64,000 nucleotides of DNA from an uncultured Verrucomicrobiae bacterium (lineage in GTDB: Bacteria > Verrucomicrobiota > Verrucomicrobiia > Limisphaerales > Palsa-1400): positions 992,001 to 1,056,000 of the forward strand of contig OY969763.1 of assembly GCA_963702845.1 (NCBI GenBank), written 5' to 3'. Positions 13,835 through 23,600 of this stretch are shown one piece after another. Below the pieces are notes generated by a model, which did no database searches, had not been told where the DNA came from, and worked only from the letters and a program-made list of their open reading frames with translations. Within the stretch, counting starts at the first letter, position 1; the number at the start of each line of letters is the position of its first letter. The position numbers and the translations under genes are program-made.

Positions 13835-15373
13835 TTAAAATTTATGCGCGCCGTGTGCCCCTAATAAGAATTCGACCTGCATCCAGACGGAATTCTGAGC
13901 TCCAATAAATTCGCCGTGATCGTAGTTGTATTGCAGCCGAATTTTTGAGAACTCGCTTGGATACCAGGTTACGACAGGTGAAACACGGTAACGTTCACCA
14001 CGGAACGGATCCAATGGATCATATGCGCTGCTGTTGCCGGTGGCGTATTCGCCGCGGCCGCCGACGACCCAATGCGGCTTCACGCCCCACAATACTTGCG
14101 AGTAGAAACCGTAATCGCGCAAATTCTGGGCGGCCAATGGGCCAACGGGCGTGACTGGGTTCGCGTTTGCGCCGAAGCGTTGGTAGAGACCTTCGGTTTG
14201 CCACGAGACAAAGGGGAAACCTTCCTGGGCGTTCGGTGATTTCCATTTCCAAAAGAGATCAACGCCATAAATTTCCGTGCTGGTGTGCTCACCAGTTTCA
14301 TTGGGGCCAAACGCGGCAGAGGCGCCGGCCACGATCACTTGCTCATCGGACAAATCAAAAGACGACGCCAAACGCGGCACGTAAACGAGGTCTTGCGGAC
14401 CCTCCAGGATGCGGTCGAAGGTTGCGCGTCCGTGAATGGTATTTATGCCCATTGAATTCGTGTCTCCAGGATTGCGGAAACTAAATGCAGTGCCGCCCTG
14501 ACCATCCAACACGTCGATGAACGCTTCGGTGTAAAACTTCGTCGGAAGCAAATACGAAAGTTGCGCGCCGATGCTGCGCAAGCCCTCGGGGCCGAACGCG
14601 CGCGTCAATATGATTGGTGCATCGACGAACGCCCAAGTGTGCGGGTGCATCGGGTTTTGTCGTCCAAATGCGGCGAAGAACTGACCCGCTTTGAGTTGCA
14701 GATTTGCCGGTAAGCTCGTGGTTTGCAGGAACGCTTCTTCCAACTCGAGCTCGGTCTCGTTGTTTTTATCCAGCTTGAAAACGATATTGCCGAAGCCTTT
14801 GAAATAAGGATCCACCGCGCCGTCCACCGCAATTTCGGCGTTGCGCAGTGAAAAGCCGCGTTTTATCGGGTCGTGGTCGCCCAGTTCCAACTGGGTGGAA
14901 GGATTAGGCGCACTAGAAAACCCGGCATCCATCAGCACGTCGAAACTGATGTTCATATAAGCCTGGCCGGCGCGCATAGTGGGGATGGGTTGGGAAGGCG
15001 TCCAACTGCTCTTTTCCATCGCGGCCGGGGCAGGGGCGTTGGTTTGCGGTCCCAATTCCGCAGCGAGCTCCTGCTCAAGTTTCTTTTTCTCTTCTGCTTT
15101 TTCTGGAGGAGTCTCCGCCGGTTTCGCGGCCGGAGTCTCTTTGGCCGTTGCTGCTACTGGCGCATTTGTTGCGGGTGATTGGTGTGCCAATTCGTCCAAT
15201 TTTTTGGTTAGCGCATCGATTTGCTGGCGCTGTTCGCGTTGAACGCGTTCGAAGTTCTCCTGCATTTGGCGCATCTGCGCCTTTAACTGCTCAATATCAT
15301 TCTGTTCTGCGTGGACCCGACAAATCGAAATACTCAATACAATCGCAAGGCCTAATAATTTATAATTCTTCAT
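13835..15373 (-). CDS. outer-membrane beta-barrel porin-like protein associated with metal ABC uptake
   Basis: Signal peptide and coiled coil, then AVDPYF, ELEEAF, FGRQN.MHPH.W.FVD, SEFSKIRLQY and a terminal GAHGAHKF. Confidence 0.75.
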   Translation of the reverse strand: MKNYKLLGLAIVLSISICRVHAEQNDIEQLKAQMRQMQENFERVQREQRQQIDALTKKLDELAHQSPATNAPVAATAKETPAAKPAETPPEKAEEKKKLEQELAAELGPQTNAPAPAAMEKSSWTPSQPIPTMRAGQAYMNISFDVLMDAGFSSAPNPSTQLELGDHDPIKRGFSLRNAEIAVDGAVDPYFKGFGNIVFKLDKNNETELELEEAFLQTTSLPANLQLKAGQFFAAFGRQNPMHPHTWAFVDAPIILTRAFGPEGLRSIGAQLSYLLPTKFYTEAFIDVLDGQGGTAFSFRNPGDTNSMGINTIHGRATFDRILEGPQDLVYVPRLASSFDLSDEQVIVAGASAAFGPNETGEHTSTEIYGVDLFWKWKSPNAQEGFPFVSWQTEGLYQRFGANANPVTPVGPLAAQNLRDYGFYSQVLWGVKPHWVVGGRGEYATGNSSAYDPLDPFRGERYRVSPVVTWYPSEFSKIRLQYNYDHGEFIGAQNSVWMQVEFLLGAHGAHKF

Positions 15374-15447
15374 AGTCTAGGGGACAAAGTTTCGCGCAAT
15401 GGGATGCGCATATGAAATCGGCACACGACAGGTGTGCCGCCAAAGGA

Positions 15448-15773
15448 CTACAGAAGAACGACGGGAGGGCCGCGGCTCGACGCCAGTGAATAATCAGCCT
15501 GGGAAACAGCAATGTGGTTGAATCGAGATGAGGATAGAAGGAAATCGTTTCGGCACATGCAGTCAACAATGGCGCGGGAGCATCGCCGCAGACCTGCTGT
15601 TTTTGCATGAGGGTGACAACGCATTCGTGCGACGCCTGATTTGCATCCTGATGGAGCAGTTGATGGAGCGACGGGCTGACGGCCATCAGCGCGGAAAACA
15701 AAACGACTGCGGAAAGCAGTGCCGACATAAACGCAGCGGCTAGGCCGTCGCGTGATGTCAGTTTTTGTTTCAT
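15448..15773 (-). CDS. small exported His/Cys leader protein, DUF2946/CruR-like, ending RGPP (one frameshift)
   Basis: TM/signal segment and LHQLLH...HEC. A one-base shift near 15500 gives ...DYSLASSRGPPVVLL* (stop at 15448-15450). Confidence 0.6.
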
Positions 15774-15844
15774 AGCTAGGTATTAAATGTCTACAGTGAA
15801 AAAGGCAAGATTGTTTTGTCGGTGAGCCATTTGTGTTGCGCTAA

Positions 15845-17104
15845 CTAGGGCGATTGTTGTGATGCCAAATAGTCGGCAATGTGCATCGGTTTGATTTTAC
15901 TGCCGGCTTTTTCGAGGCCGGCGCGGATTTGTAACAGGCAACCGGGGTTGGTCGTGACGACCACGTCGGCCCCGGTTTTGATGATGTTTTGGATTTTGCG
16001 GTTTTGCAGGCGTTCGGCCATTTCGGGTTCGGTCAAATTGTAGGTGCCAGCGCTGCCGCAGCAGACGTCGGATTCGGCGAGCTCGACGTAGTTTTTTCCG
16101 GCGACGGCTTTGATGAGGTCGCGCGGTTGTTTGGTGATGCGCTGCGGGTGGGCGAGGTGGCAGGCGTCGTGGTAAGTGACGCGCTGGGGCGATGAGGGTT
16201 GAGGGTTGAGAGTTGAGGGATTTGCGCAGAGGAACTCGGTGATGTCTTTGACGCCGGCGCTGAAATCTTTGCCGCGTTTTTCCCAATCCGTTTCGCCGTG
16301 CAGGAGTTCGCCGTATTCTTTGAGAGTCGAACCGCAGCCGGCGGCGTTGATGATGATGGCGTCGAGATTTTGGCCGCTGAAGGCGGTGATGTTGTCGCGC
16401 GCGCAGTCGCGGGCGCGGGGCAGGTTGCCACTGTGGGCAAACAGCGCGCCGCAGCAGCCTTGTTGGTCCGGGATGACCACGTCGTATCCGGCGGCGTTCA
16501 GGAGTTTGACGGTGTTCGTGTTCGTCTCCGAAAACATGACGTCCATGACGCAACCGCGAATGAAACCGACGCGACCTTTCCGTGTGCCGGTGGCAGGCGA
16601 GAATTGGGGCAACGGTTCGGCCTTGCCGTTCATTGGAATGAGTGACAACGCGTCTTTGGCGAACTTCGGTAAAATTTTGTCGAGCTTCAGCGCTTTCGCG
16701 ACGCGCGCGGGGACGATGGCTAATTCCATCCGTTCGCGGTGCGGAAAAATTTTCTCGATGACGAAACGGCGCAAAAATTGTTGGAAAGGCGAACGCGAGT
16801 AGGTGCGTTCGAGGTGGTCGCGAGTGTGTTCGAGCAAATGTCCGTACTGCACGCCGCTGGGGCAAACGGCTTCACAGGCGCGGCAGCCGAGGCAGAGATC
16901 GATGTGTTTTACGGTCGTGTCATCCAGAGGCAAGCGTCCGTCCTGCACTGCGCGCATGAGATAAATTCGGCCGCGCGGGGAATCGTTTTCGTTGCCGGTT
17001 TCCAAATAAGTCGGGCACGAGGAGAGACACAAACCACAATGAATGCAGGCCAACGACTTGTCGTAGTCGAGGAAGCGTTCTGGTGCTGTCGGGGTGGTGC
17101 TCAT
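15845..17104 (-). CDS. glcF: glycolate oxidase iron-sulfur subunit GlcF
   Basis: CIHCGLCLSSCP, SPRGRI, CLGCRACEAVCPSGV, two CCG domains, YHDACHL.H.Q. Confidence 0.88.
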   Translation of the reverse strand: MSTTPTAPERFLDYDKSLACIHCGLCLSSCPTYLETGNENDSPRGRIYLMRAVQDGRLPLDDTTVKHIDLCLGCRACEAVCPSGVQYGHLLEHTRDHLERTYSRSPFQQFLRRFVIEKIFPHRERMELAIVPARVAKALKLDKILPKFAKDALSLIPMNGKAEPLPQFSPATGTRKGRVGFIRGCVMDVMFSETNTNTVKLLNAAGYDVVIPDQQGCCGALFAHSGNLPRARDCARDNITAFSGQNLDAIIINAAGCGSTLKEYGELLHGETDWEKRGKDFSAGVKDITEFLCANPSTLNPQPSSPQRVTYHDACHLAHPQRITKQPRDLIKAVAGKNYVELAESDVCCGSAGTYNLTEPEMAERLQNRKIQNIIKTGADVVVTTNPGCLLQIRAGLEKAGSKIKPMHIADYLASQQSP

Positions 17105-18024
17105 CAAAGCTCGGGGAAAATGTGGTTTGGGTCGAATGTGTCTTTGACGCGCTGTTGCAGGTGTTTGGGAATCGGGGCGGTCGACCACGAGATTTCGTTG
17201 CCGCTGTAATAAATCACGCCATTGCCAGCCCGCGCGACGAAGGGTGCTTTGCCAATCGCGCTGATCGCCTCGGCGAGTTTGGACGGGAGAACCGAAAGCT
17301 TTTTAACGGCGGGTTGTTGTTGGAATGCTTTGTCGTAATCGAGGGTGGCGGGCTCGGTGAAGCCAAAATCGGCGGCTCGCGCGATTTGCCATTCGACTTC
17401 ATCCCGCGCGCCATCGAGACCGAGCACGACGGTCAGGCCTGCCGAATTGTGCAGATCGAGAACCGTGGGCGTGATTGGAGAATTGAGAACACCATCGATC
17501 AGCTTTTGTGCCTCAGCAACGGAACCGCAGTGCTGTTGCACGAAGTGTTCTGCTTCGGGAATCGGGCCGGAGTTTGAAAGTGACTTCGACGATGATGCCG
17601 AGTGTGCCTTGGTCGCCGATGAACAGTTTCATCAGATCGTAACCGGCAACGTTTTTGACCACTTTACCGCCGGAATGAATCAAGCGCCCGTCGGCAAGGA
17701 CGATGGCCATGCCGATGACATAATCGCGAACCGTGCCGTAACTAAAACGACGTGGCCCGCTGGCATTGCTTGCCAGGAGTTGTTGAATCGTGACTGCCCG
17801 TGTTTGGCGGATCGATCGGCAACCATTGGCCGCGCTTTCTCACCTCCGTTTGCAAATGTTGCCAAAGTTGCGCCGCCTTGAACGGTGACAGTCATGTCCT
17901 CGGGGGCGTGTTCAAGGACACGGTTCAACGCCGAGAGGTCGACCGATTCCATGCGCGACTTTGCGGCGTTCGCTTTTGCGAGCGATTGCTGCAAATCGTC
18001 AATATTGGAGGGGGTTAACCTCAT
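17104..18024 (-). CDS. glcE: FAD-binding glycolate oxidase subunit GlcE-like (frameshifted)
   Basis: EHAPEDMTVTVQGG, GGKVVKNVAGYDLMKLFIG..GTLGII, K.TFDPNHIF, found in three fragments. Confidence 0.8.
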
Positions 18025-18271
18025 AGCGTGGCCTCAGCGTAAGGAATCGGTGTGGCATGCTTCAATCAAAATGGAAGCGATGCCCGCATTACACGCGGCG
18101 GTCTGCGGTCGGAAATTTTCGTTAAAGGTGTATCTAGGTGTATTTAACCTTCCGTGGAGGTGTTTTTGGGACGGTGTTGTAAGTGGTTGAGGTGCATGGG
18201 CGGGTGAATTGAATGTCGATCGGTAAAGAAACGGTAAAGTTTTTTGAGTCGAGGTGATGTTGGCGCATGAT

Positions 18272-18296
18272 GGCTCGGCGGGAGCCTCGCCCTACC
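18272..18296 (-). repeat. GTAG-family REP palindrome
   Basis: Minus strand GGTAGGGCGAGGCTCCCGCCGAGCC. Relatives occur at 20632, 38380 and 58101. Confidence 0.65.
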
Positions 18297-18442
18297 AAGA
18301 AGGTCTTTATTTTCATATTGGTGACTAACGTAGCAAGGTCACTTGGACAAAGGCTGTCCAAGTAGAAAAATAGATTTGGGGATTATTCGAAATCGGAAAA
18401 AGTCTTTGGCGAGGGGAGGGTGTTCGTGCTTAAATCAGGCGC

Positions 18443-19840
18443 ATGATTTCCTCAGGACAGAATAAGCGCGAAAAGATTGCCGTGCCAGCAGGCGGCGGTG
18501 ACGCAAACCGCCCTTGGTATGCCGGCGTGACCGGCTATCAATGGCTCATCCTAATTATCGCGTCAGCAGGATGGATTTTCGACGTTTACGAAGGACAGAT
18601 TTTCAATATCACGCGCGGTCAGTTGTTGCACACCGTGCTAGGCCCGGCGGGCACGCCGGCAGTGATCAGTAAATGGGGGGACATCTTTCTTGGCGTGTTC
18701 CTGCTCGGGGGCACGGCGGGCGGTTTGTTGTTTGGGTCGATGGCGGATCGTTTAGGGCGCAAGCCGACGATGGTGCTGACGATTCTGATGTATTCGATTT
18801 TTTCGGGCCTGACTTTTTTTGCCACAACGCTTTGGCAAGTCGCCGCGTTGCGGTTTTTAGTGGCGATGGGAGTGGGTGGTGAATGGGCGGTGGCAGCGAG
18901 CCTGGTCGCGGAAGTTTTCCCCGCGAACGCACGAACGCACGCATCTGGAATTTTTCACGCGACCAGCGTTGTCGGAACGTGGGCTGCGACAGGAGCGGGT
19001 ATTGCCGTGGCGAGCTTGTGGTTTAGCGAAAGCATCGCACACAATTTACCTTCGGCGTTCACAAACATCGGGCATGCAGCTCCATGGCGATACGCGTATC
19101 TGGTCGGAATCATCCCGGCGCTGTTGGTTGTTGTGGTGATGGCTGCGGTGAAGGAGCCCGAAAGTTGGAAGCGAACGAAATCAGCAGCGTCGCTGGGCGG
19201 CACCAAAGGCGGGAGCATCAAAGAACTTTTGTCTGACCCAAGATGGGGCAAGCGCGCGCTGCTGGGAATGTTGCTCGCGGCGGTTGGGCTTGGGACTTTC
19301 TGGGCCGTCTGCGTCGCCGGACAGGACCTGGCGAAGTTCTTTTTGCTGCGAGATGGCGTGGCGGAAAAGGAAGCTGTTGCGACGTCGCAGAGCGCGTATG
19401 GATTTATTCAAACGATCGGCGGTGGCCTGGGCTTGCTGTCGTTTGGGCCGCTTTGTGCAAAGTTTGGACGTAAACGCAGCTTTGTGGCGATTCAGATCGC
19501 AGCATTTATAATTGTGCCGATTACCTGTTATTTGCCCCAAAACTATGGACAACTGAAAATCATATTGCCGATATTTGGGTTTCTGACTTTGGGAATGCAC
19601 GCTGGATACGCGATTTATTTCCCGGAGTTATTTCCAACGCACCTTCGAGCAACGGGCGCGGGTTTTTGTTTTAACGTGGGTCGGACGGTGGCGGCGTCGA
19701 TGTTGTTTTTCTCCGGTTGGCTGAAGCAACAAATACCGGATATCAGGCTGGCGTTAACGTTGCTTAGTTTTCTGTTTCTACTTGGCGTGGTGGTGATTCA
19801 CTATTTGCCGGAGACGAAGGATCAGCCTCTCCCAGAATAA
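18443..19840 (+). CDS. MFS transporter (sialate/organic-acid-like)
   Basis: About 12 TM segments, GSMADRLGRK motif A, RFLVAMGVGGEW, PELFPT.LRATG. Confidence 0.88.
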   Translation: MISSGQNKREKIAVPAGGGDANRPWYAGVTGYQWLILIIASAGWIFDVYEGQIFNITRGQLLHTVLGPAGTPAVISKWGDIFLGVFLLGGTAGGLLFGSMADRLGRKPTMVLTILMYSIFSGLTFFATTLWQVAALRFLVAMGVGGEWAVAASLVAEVFPANARTHASGIFHATSVVGTWAATGAGIAVASLWFSESIAHNLPSAFTNIGHAAPWRYAYLVGIIPALLVVVVMAAVKEPESWKRTKSAASLGGTKGGSIKELLSDPRWGKRALLGMLLAAVGLGTFWAVCVAGQDLAKFFLLRDGVAEKEAVATSQSAYGFIQTIGGGLGLLSFGPLCAKFGRKRSFVAIQIAAFIIVPITCYLPQNYGQLKIILPIFGFLTLGMHAGYAIYFPELFPTHLRATGAGFCFNVGRTVAASMLFFSGWLKQQIPDIRLALTLLSFLFLLGVVVIHYLPETKDQPLPE

Positions 19841-19874
19841 ATTCGAAGCACGAAATTCGAAATCCGAAAGGAAG

Positions 19875-20585
19875 TCACCAGGCGCGGGCGCGTTTGAAGA
19901 TGTTGTGGGGGCGGAAGGCTTCGGCGGCGTCGACGCTGGATTGGGCGCCACGAGCGAGGGCCTGAAGACGCATCAGTTCGCTTAAAGGAGAGAAATCGCC
20001 GTCTTTGCCGCGGGCCAATTGTGTCTTGTGGCATTGGAGCATGCGCTGTTTCAAGGGTAGGAACGGCGTGACGTCGATGTAGATGCTGGGTTCGAAACCG
20101 CTCATGTTGACTGTGTCCATGAACCACAACGCAGGTGGGGTTTGGACTGGAGCGGATTTGGTTTTTTGACCGCGCGAGGCGCAGAACCAACTGGCGGCTT
20201 CAGCTAACGCGGACGCGGCGCGGTGATCGGCATGGTAATCGTTCGGTGAGTGAGCCAGGACGAGGGTTGGTTTAAACTGCCGGAAAATTTCAACCAGCTT
20301 GCCACGTGACTCAGTTGTGTCCTCCAAGGCTCCGTCGCTGAATTCACCGAAGAAGATTTGTGCGGCGAGGAGTTTTCCGGAATCGAGCATCTCCGCACGG
20401 CGTTTGGCGGCGAGATTTTTAATCGGCGTTTGTGGCTGGCCTTTGTCGCCCTGGCACATGACACAGATTGCGACTTCGGCGCCGTCTTGTTTCGCGCGCG
20501 CGAGTGTGCCGGCGCAGAGGAGTTCGGCGTCGTCAGGATGGGCGACGATGGCGAGAACGCGGTCGGGTTTGAAACTGATGGTCAC
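19875..20585 (-). CDS. PIG-L family deacetylase
   Basis: AHPDDAE and DYHADH motifs. Confidence 0.88.
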   Translation of the reverse strand: MTISFKPDRVLAIVAHPDDAELLCAGTLARAKQDGAEVAICVMCQGDKGQPQTPIKNLAAKRRAEMLDSGKLLAAQIFFGEFSDGALEDTTESRGKLVEIFRQFKPTLVLAHSPNDYHADHRAASALAEAASWFCASRGQKTKSAPVQTPPALWFMDTVNMSGFEPSIYIDVTPFLPLKQRMLQCHKTQLARGKDGDFSPLSELMRLQALARGAQSSVDAAEAFRPHNIFKRARAW

Positions 20586-20631
20586 GGGTCAATGCTTGCC
20601 CTAATTGCCTTTTTGACAAGCGGAAACGCCA

Positions 20632-20660
20632 GCGGCGCGCGCGGAGCGCCGCGCCCTACC
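20632..20660 (-). repeat. GTAG-family REP palindrome
   Basis: Minus strand GGTAGGGCGCGGCGCTCCGCGCGCGCCGC, overlapping the stop of the 1502-aa gene. Confidence 0.6.
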
Positions 20661-23600
20661 AATTAGGGGAATTCGTCCACACTGGCGAAATGCTGTTGGT
20701 GTATTTGCGGATGATGACGGCGTTGCCGGGCTGGAAGATCAGGTTTGTGCCAACGTCGGCGGAGCCGGCGCCGACCTGACGCCATGCGCTGTTCCAATAG
20801 TAGTAATCGGCACTGGCGGATTTATTATGACCGATGGAGGCGTTGTTGAAGATTAACAACTCGTCCGTTCGGCTGCCAGGAAGCGGGCTGATGCTGAATG
20901 CGCCGCTGCTGACGAGGCCGGAATCGTCGAGTGACACCGCCACGGGACGGGCAAGGCCGATGTAGTTATCCTGCGAAACTGTGGATTGCACGCGCAGGGT
21001 GATGGCGAGCTTTGCCGTAATCACCGCACCAAGCGTCATCGCTGTGGTGTTGGTAGGCACGTTATGGCGAACAATGAAATGGATGTTTGGTTGAAGGACG
21101 TCGTCGTTGTGATTGTTCGCACCGTCGGAGACCTGTTTCCAAATGCCAGCGTTGAAGAAGTAGACTTTAGCGGCACTCAAGTTGATGCCGGAGTCAGTCG
21201 TGTTTGGAATGAGAACTTCGGTGTAACGGTTGCCCGCTAGCGGCGAAGCGATCACGCCCGCGCCATTCGGGAAGGCGGTATTGAGTGTCCAGTAGGGTTC
21301 AATGGAAATGACATCACCAACGGCAACGGACGAAAGGGTGTCGGAACCGAGGGATAATGTGAGGGCGTTCGCGGTGTTGGCGGTGACTTGATAAATGCGG
21401 CCTTCCGTGGTGCCGGAAGCGAAGCGCGCGTAGTAGGTATTGGATTGCGTGCCGGACGCGTAGACGAATTGGTTCGGAGTCCAGTTGGGCGAGCCATCGG
21501 CAGTGACGACGTTTCCGGAAACGGAGTTGACGATGATTCGCGTGCCGCCAGCGCGTGCGAACGGTAGCGAGACAAAGGTGTCAGAGTTGCCGGGCAACGA
21601 AAGCTTGATGAAGCCGACGGGATCACTGACGCGTTGTGATGAGAACAATTGATAGAAGCGCTGGATGCTTGCGGCAGGCGCGTCGGTAACGGTGAGAGTC
21701 GACGAGGACGCAACGTAACTGCCGAGCGTGTTCCAGGTGAGATCGGTGTGGTTGTCTTTATATTGCAATGTGTAACCGGTGCTGTCGTCAGATTGCCAGG
21801 TCATGGAAACGGTGCCGTCCACGTTTGAAACCATGCTGACGAACGGAATCACGTTGGAAACGATGGTGAGCGTTGCGGATGAACTGGTGACGGTCGCGGT
21901 GGTGATGTTGGAGACGATGACGCTGTAGGATGCTACGTCACTTGGACCGGCTGAACGGATGGTCAGAGCTGAGGTGCTTGAGCCACTGATGTTGCTGCTG
22001 TCGGTGAGGTTCGCCGCATTTTTCCGCCATCGATAGTTCAAAGGTGCGGTGCCGGTGGCGACAACGACAAAAAAGACGGACTGACCTTGCAGAGACGTGT
22101 CGCTTTGCGGCTGTGAAGTAATTGCCGGCGGATCATAAACTGTCAGTGTGGCTGCAGAACTGGTTGCGGTTCCAAGGACGTTGCTCGCGACGGCGGTGTA
22201 TGTGCCGGCGTTGGATTGTGACGCGTTGAAGATGGTGAGTGAATGGGTCGTCGCACCGATGATGTTGCCGCCATTCGACAGAGGCGATGAGTTCTTGAAC
22301 CACGTCCAGGAGAGGGATTCACCGGAAGCCGCGGCGCTGAAGGTGGCGGATTGAGTTGCGTTGATGGCCAGGCTTTGCGGTTGATTGGTGATCGCGGGCG
22401 CGTTTTGGATTGCCGAATAAGTCCATTTGATGGCGTCGGCTATGACGACTTTTCCGGAAACGAGGGCGTTGTTACCCAATTGAACGTAATCGTTTGTTCC
22501 GCTGGCGAATTGTTTTGCGGACGTGAGCAGGACCCAATTGCTGCCATTGGCGTTCGCGCCGTTAACCGACTGGTCGAAGGTGATGGTTTCATTGACGCCG
22601 TTATGCTGGAGTGTGTAAGGCGCGTTGGTGCTGCGGTTGCTGCCCGAGGTGAAATAGAGATAAAGATCGTAGCGACCGGCGGCAAAGATGGTAGGTCGGA
22701 ACGTTGCAGTGGCCGTCGTCGAACCGATTGAAGTGCTGGCGACGGAGTAATTGGCGGCGTAAAAGGGCGGGGTCGTTGTGCTTGAAGTCCAACCGCCGAC
22801 GAGGACGGTTCCCGGGTCAGCGTTGTCGACGATGAGGTCGGTTGCGGCATCGGAGAACACCGCGATGACACTCTTGTTGGCGTTCATGGTGACGCCAAGC
22901 GGATTGGTGGAGCCGGTCGCATCGCCCGCCCAGTTCAAGAATGTTTTGCCGGCGCTCGGTGTGGCGGTGACGGTGACGAGTGTGTTGGAGGCGTAAGTGG
23001 GCTGGCTTGGACTGACTCCAACGCTACCGCTGCCCATACCGCTAATAGAAAGAGTATAAACGACGGTGAGACTCGCATTGCCGCTGGTGACGGAACCGGC
23101 GACGTTGGTAATGACCACAGAATAACTGCCGGCATTCGTGGGTTGCACAGGGTTTAGTGACAAGGTGGACAGTGTCGCCCCTGCAACAGGCGTGCCGTTC
23201 AAACGCCATTGATAGGACAGACCGGCGCCGGTTGCGGTGACGGTGAATTGCGCGCTTTGACCGGTTGTCGCTGTCACAGATTGTGGCTGGCCGGTGATGC
23301 CGGGAGGATTGACGACGGTGAGCGTCGCGACGCTGCTCGTTGCGCTGCCGCCCGAATTGCTGACAACGACCGTATAGCTCGCGGCGTCGGCTGTTGTCGG
23401 GCTCGTGATCGTCAGATTTGCTGCTGCGGCTCCCGAAATGTTGCCGGTATTGCTGAGGTTGACCGTGTTCTTTTTCCATTGGTAACTCAGACCCGATCCA
23501 GAAGCGCCGACCGAGAATATTACGTTGGTTCCAGCGCCGACGGTTTGGCTTGAAGGCTGCGAAGTAATTGAAGGGCCGGACGGCGCAGAGTTGAGCGTAA

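Noticed and set aside
15774..15845. Zur/Fur box upstream of the metal operon
   Set aside because: No convincing palindrome was found.
15897..16865. 322-aa Arg-rich ORF and similar long alternate-frame or antisense ORFs (e.g. 10884-12098, 55391-56332)
   Set aside because: These are shadows of real genes in GC-rich DNA, with no motifs.
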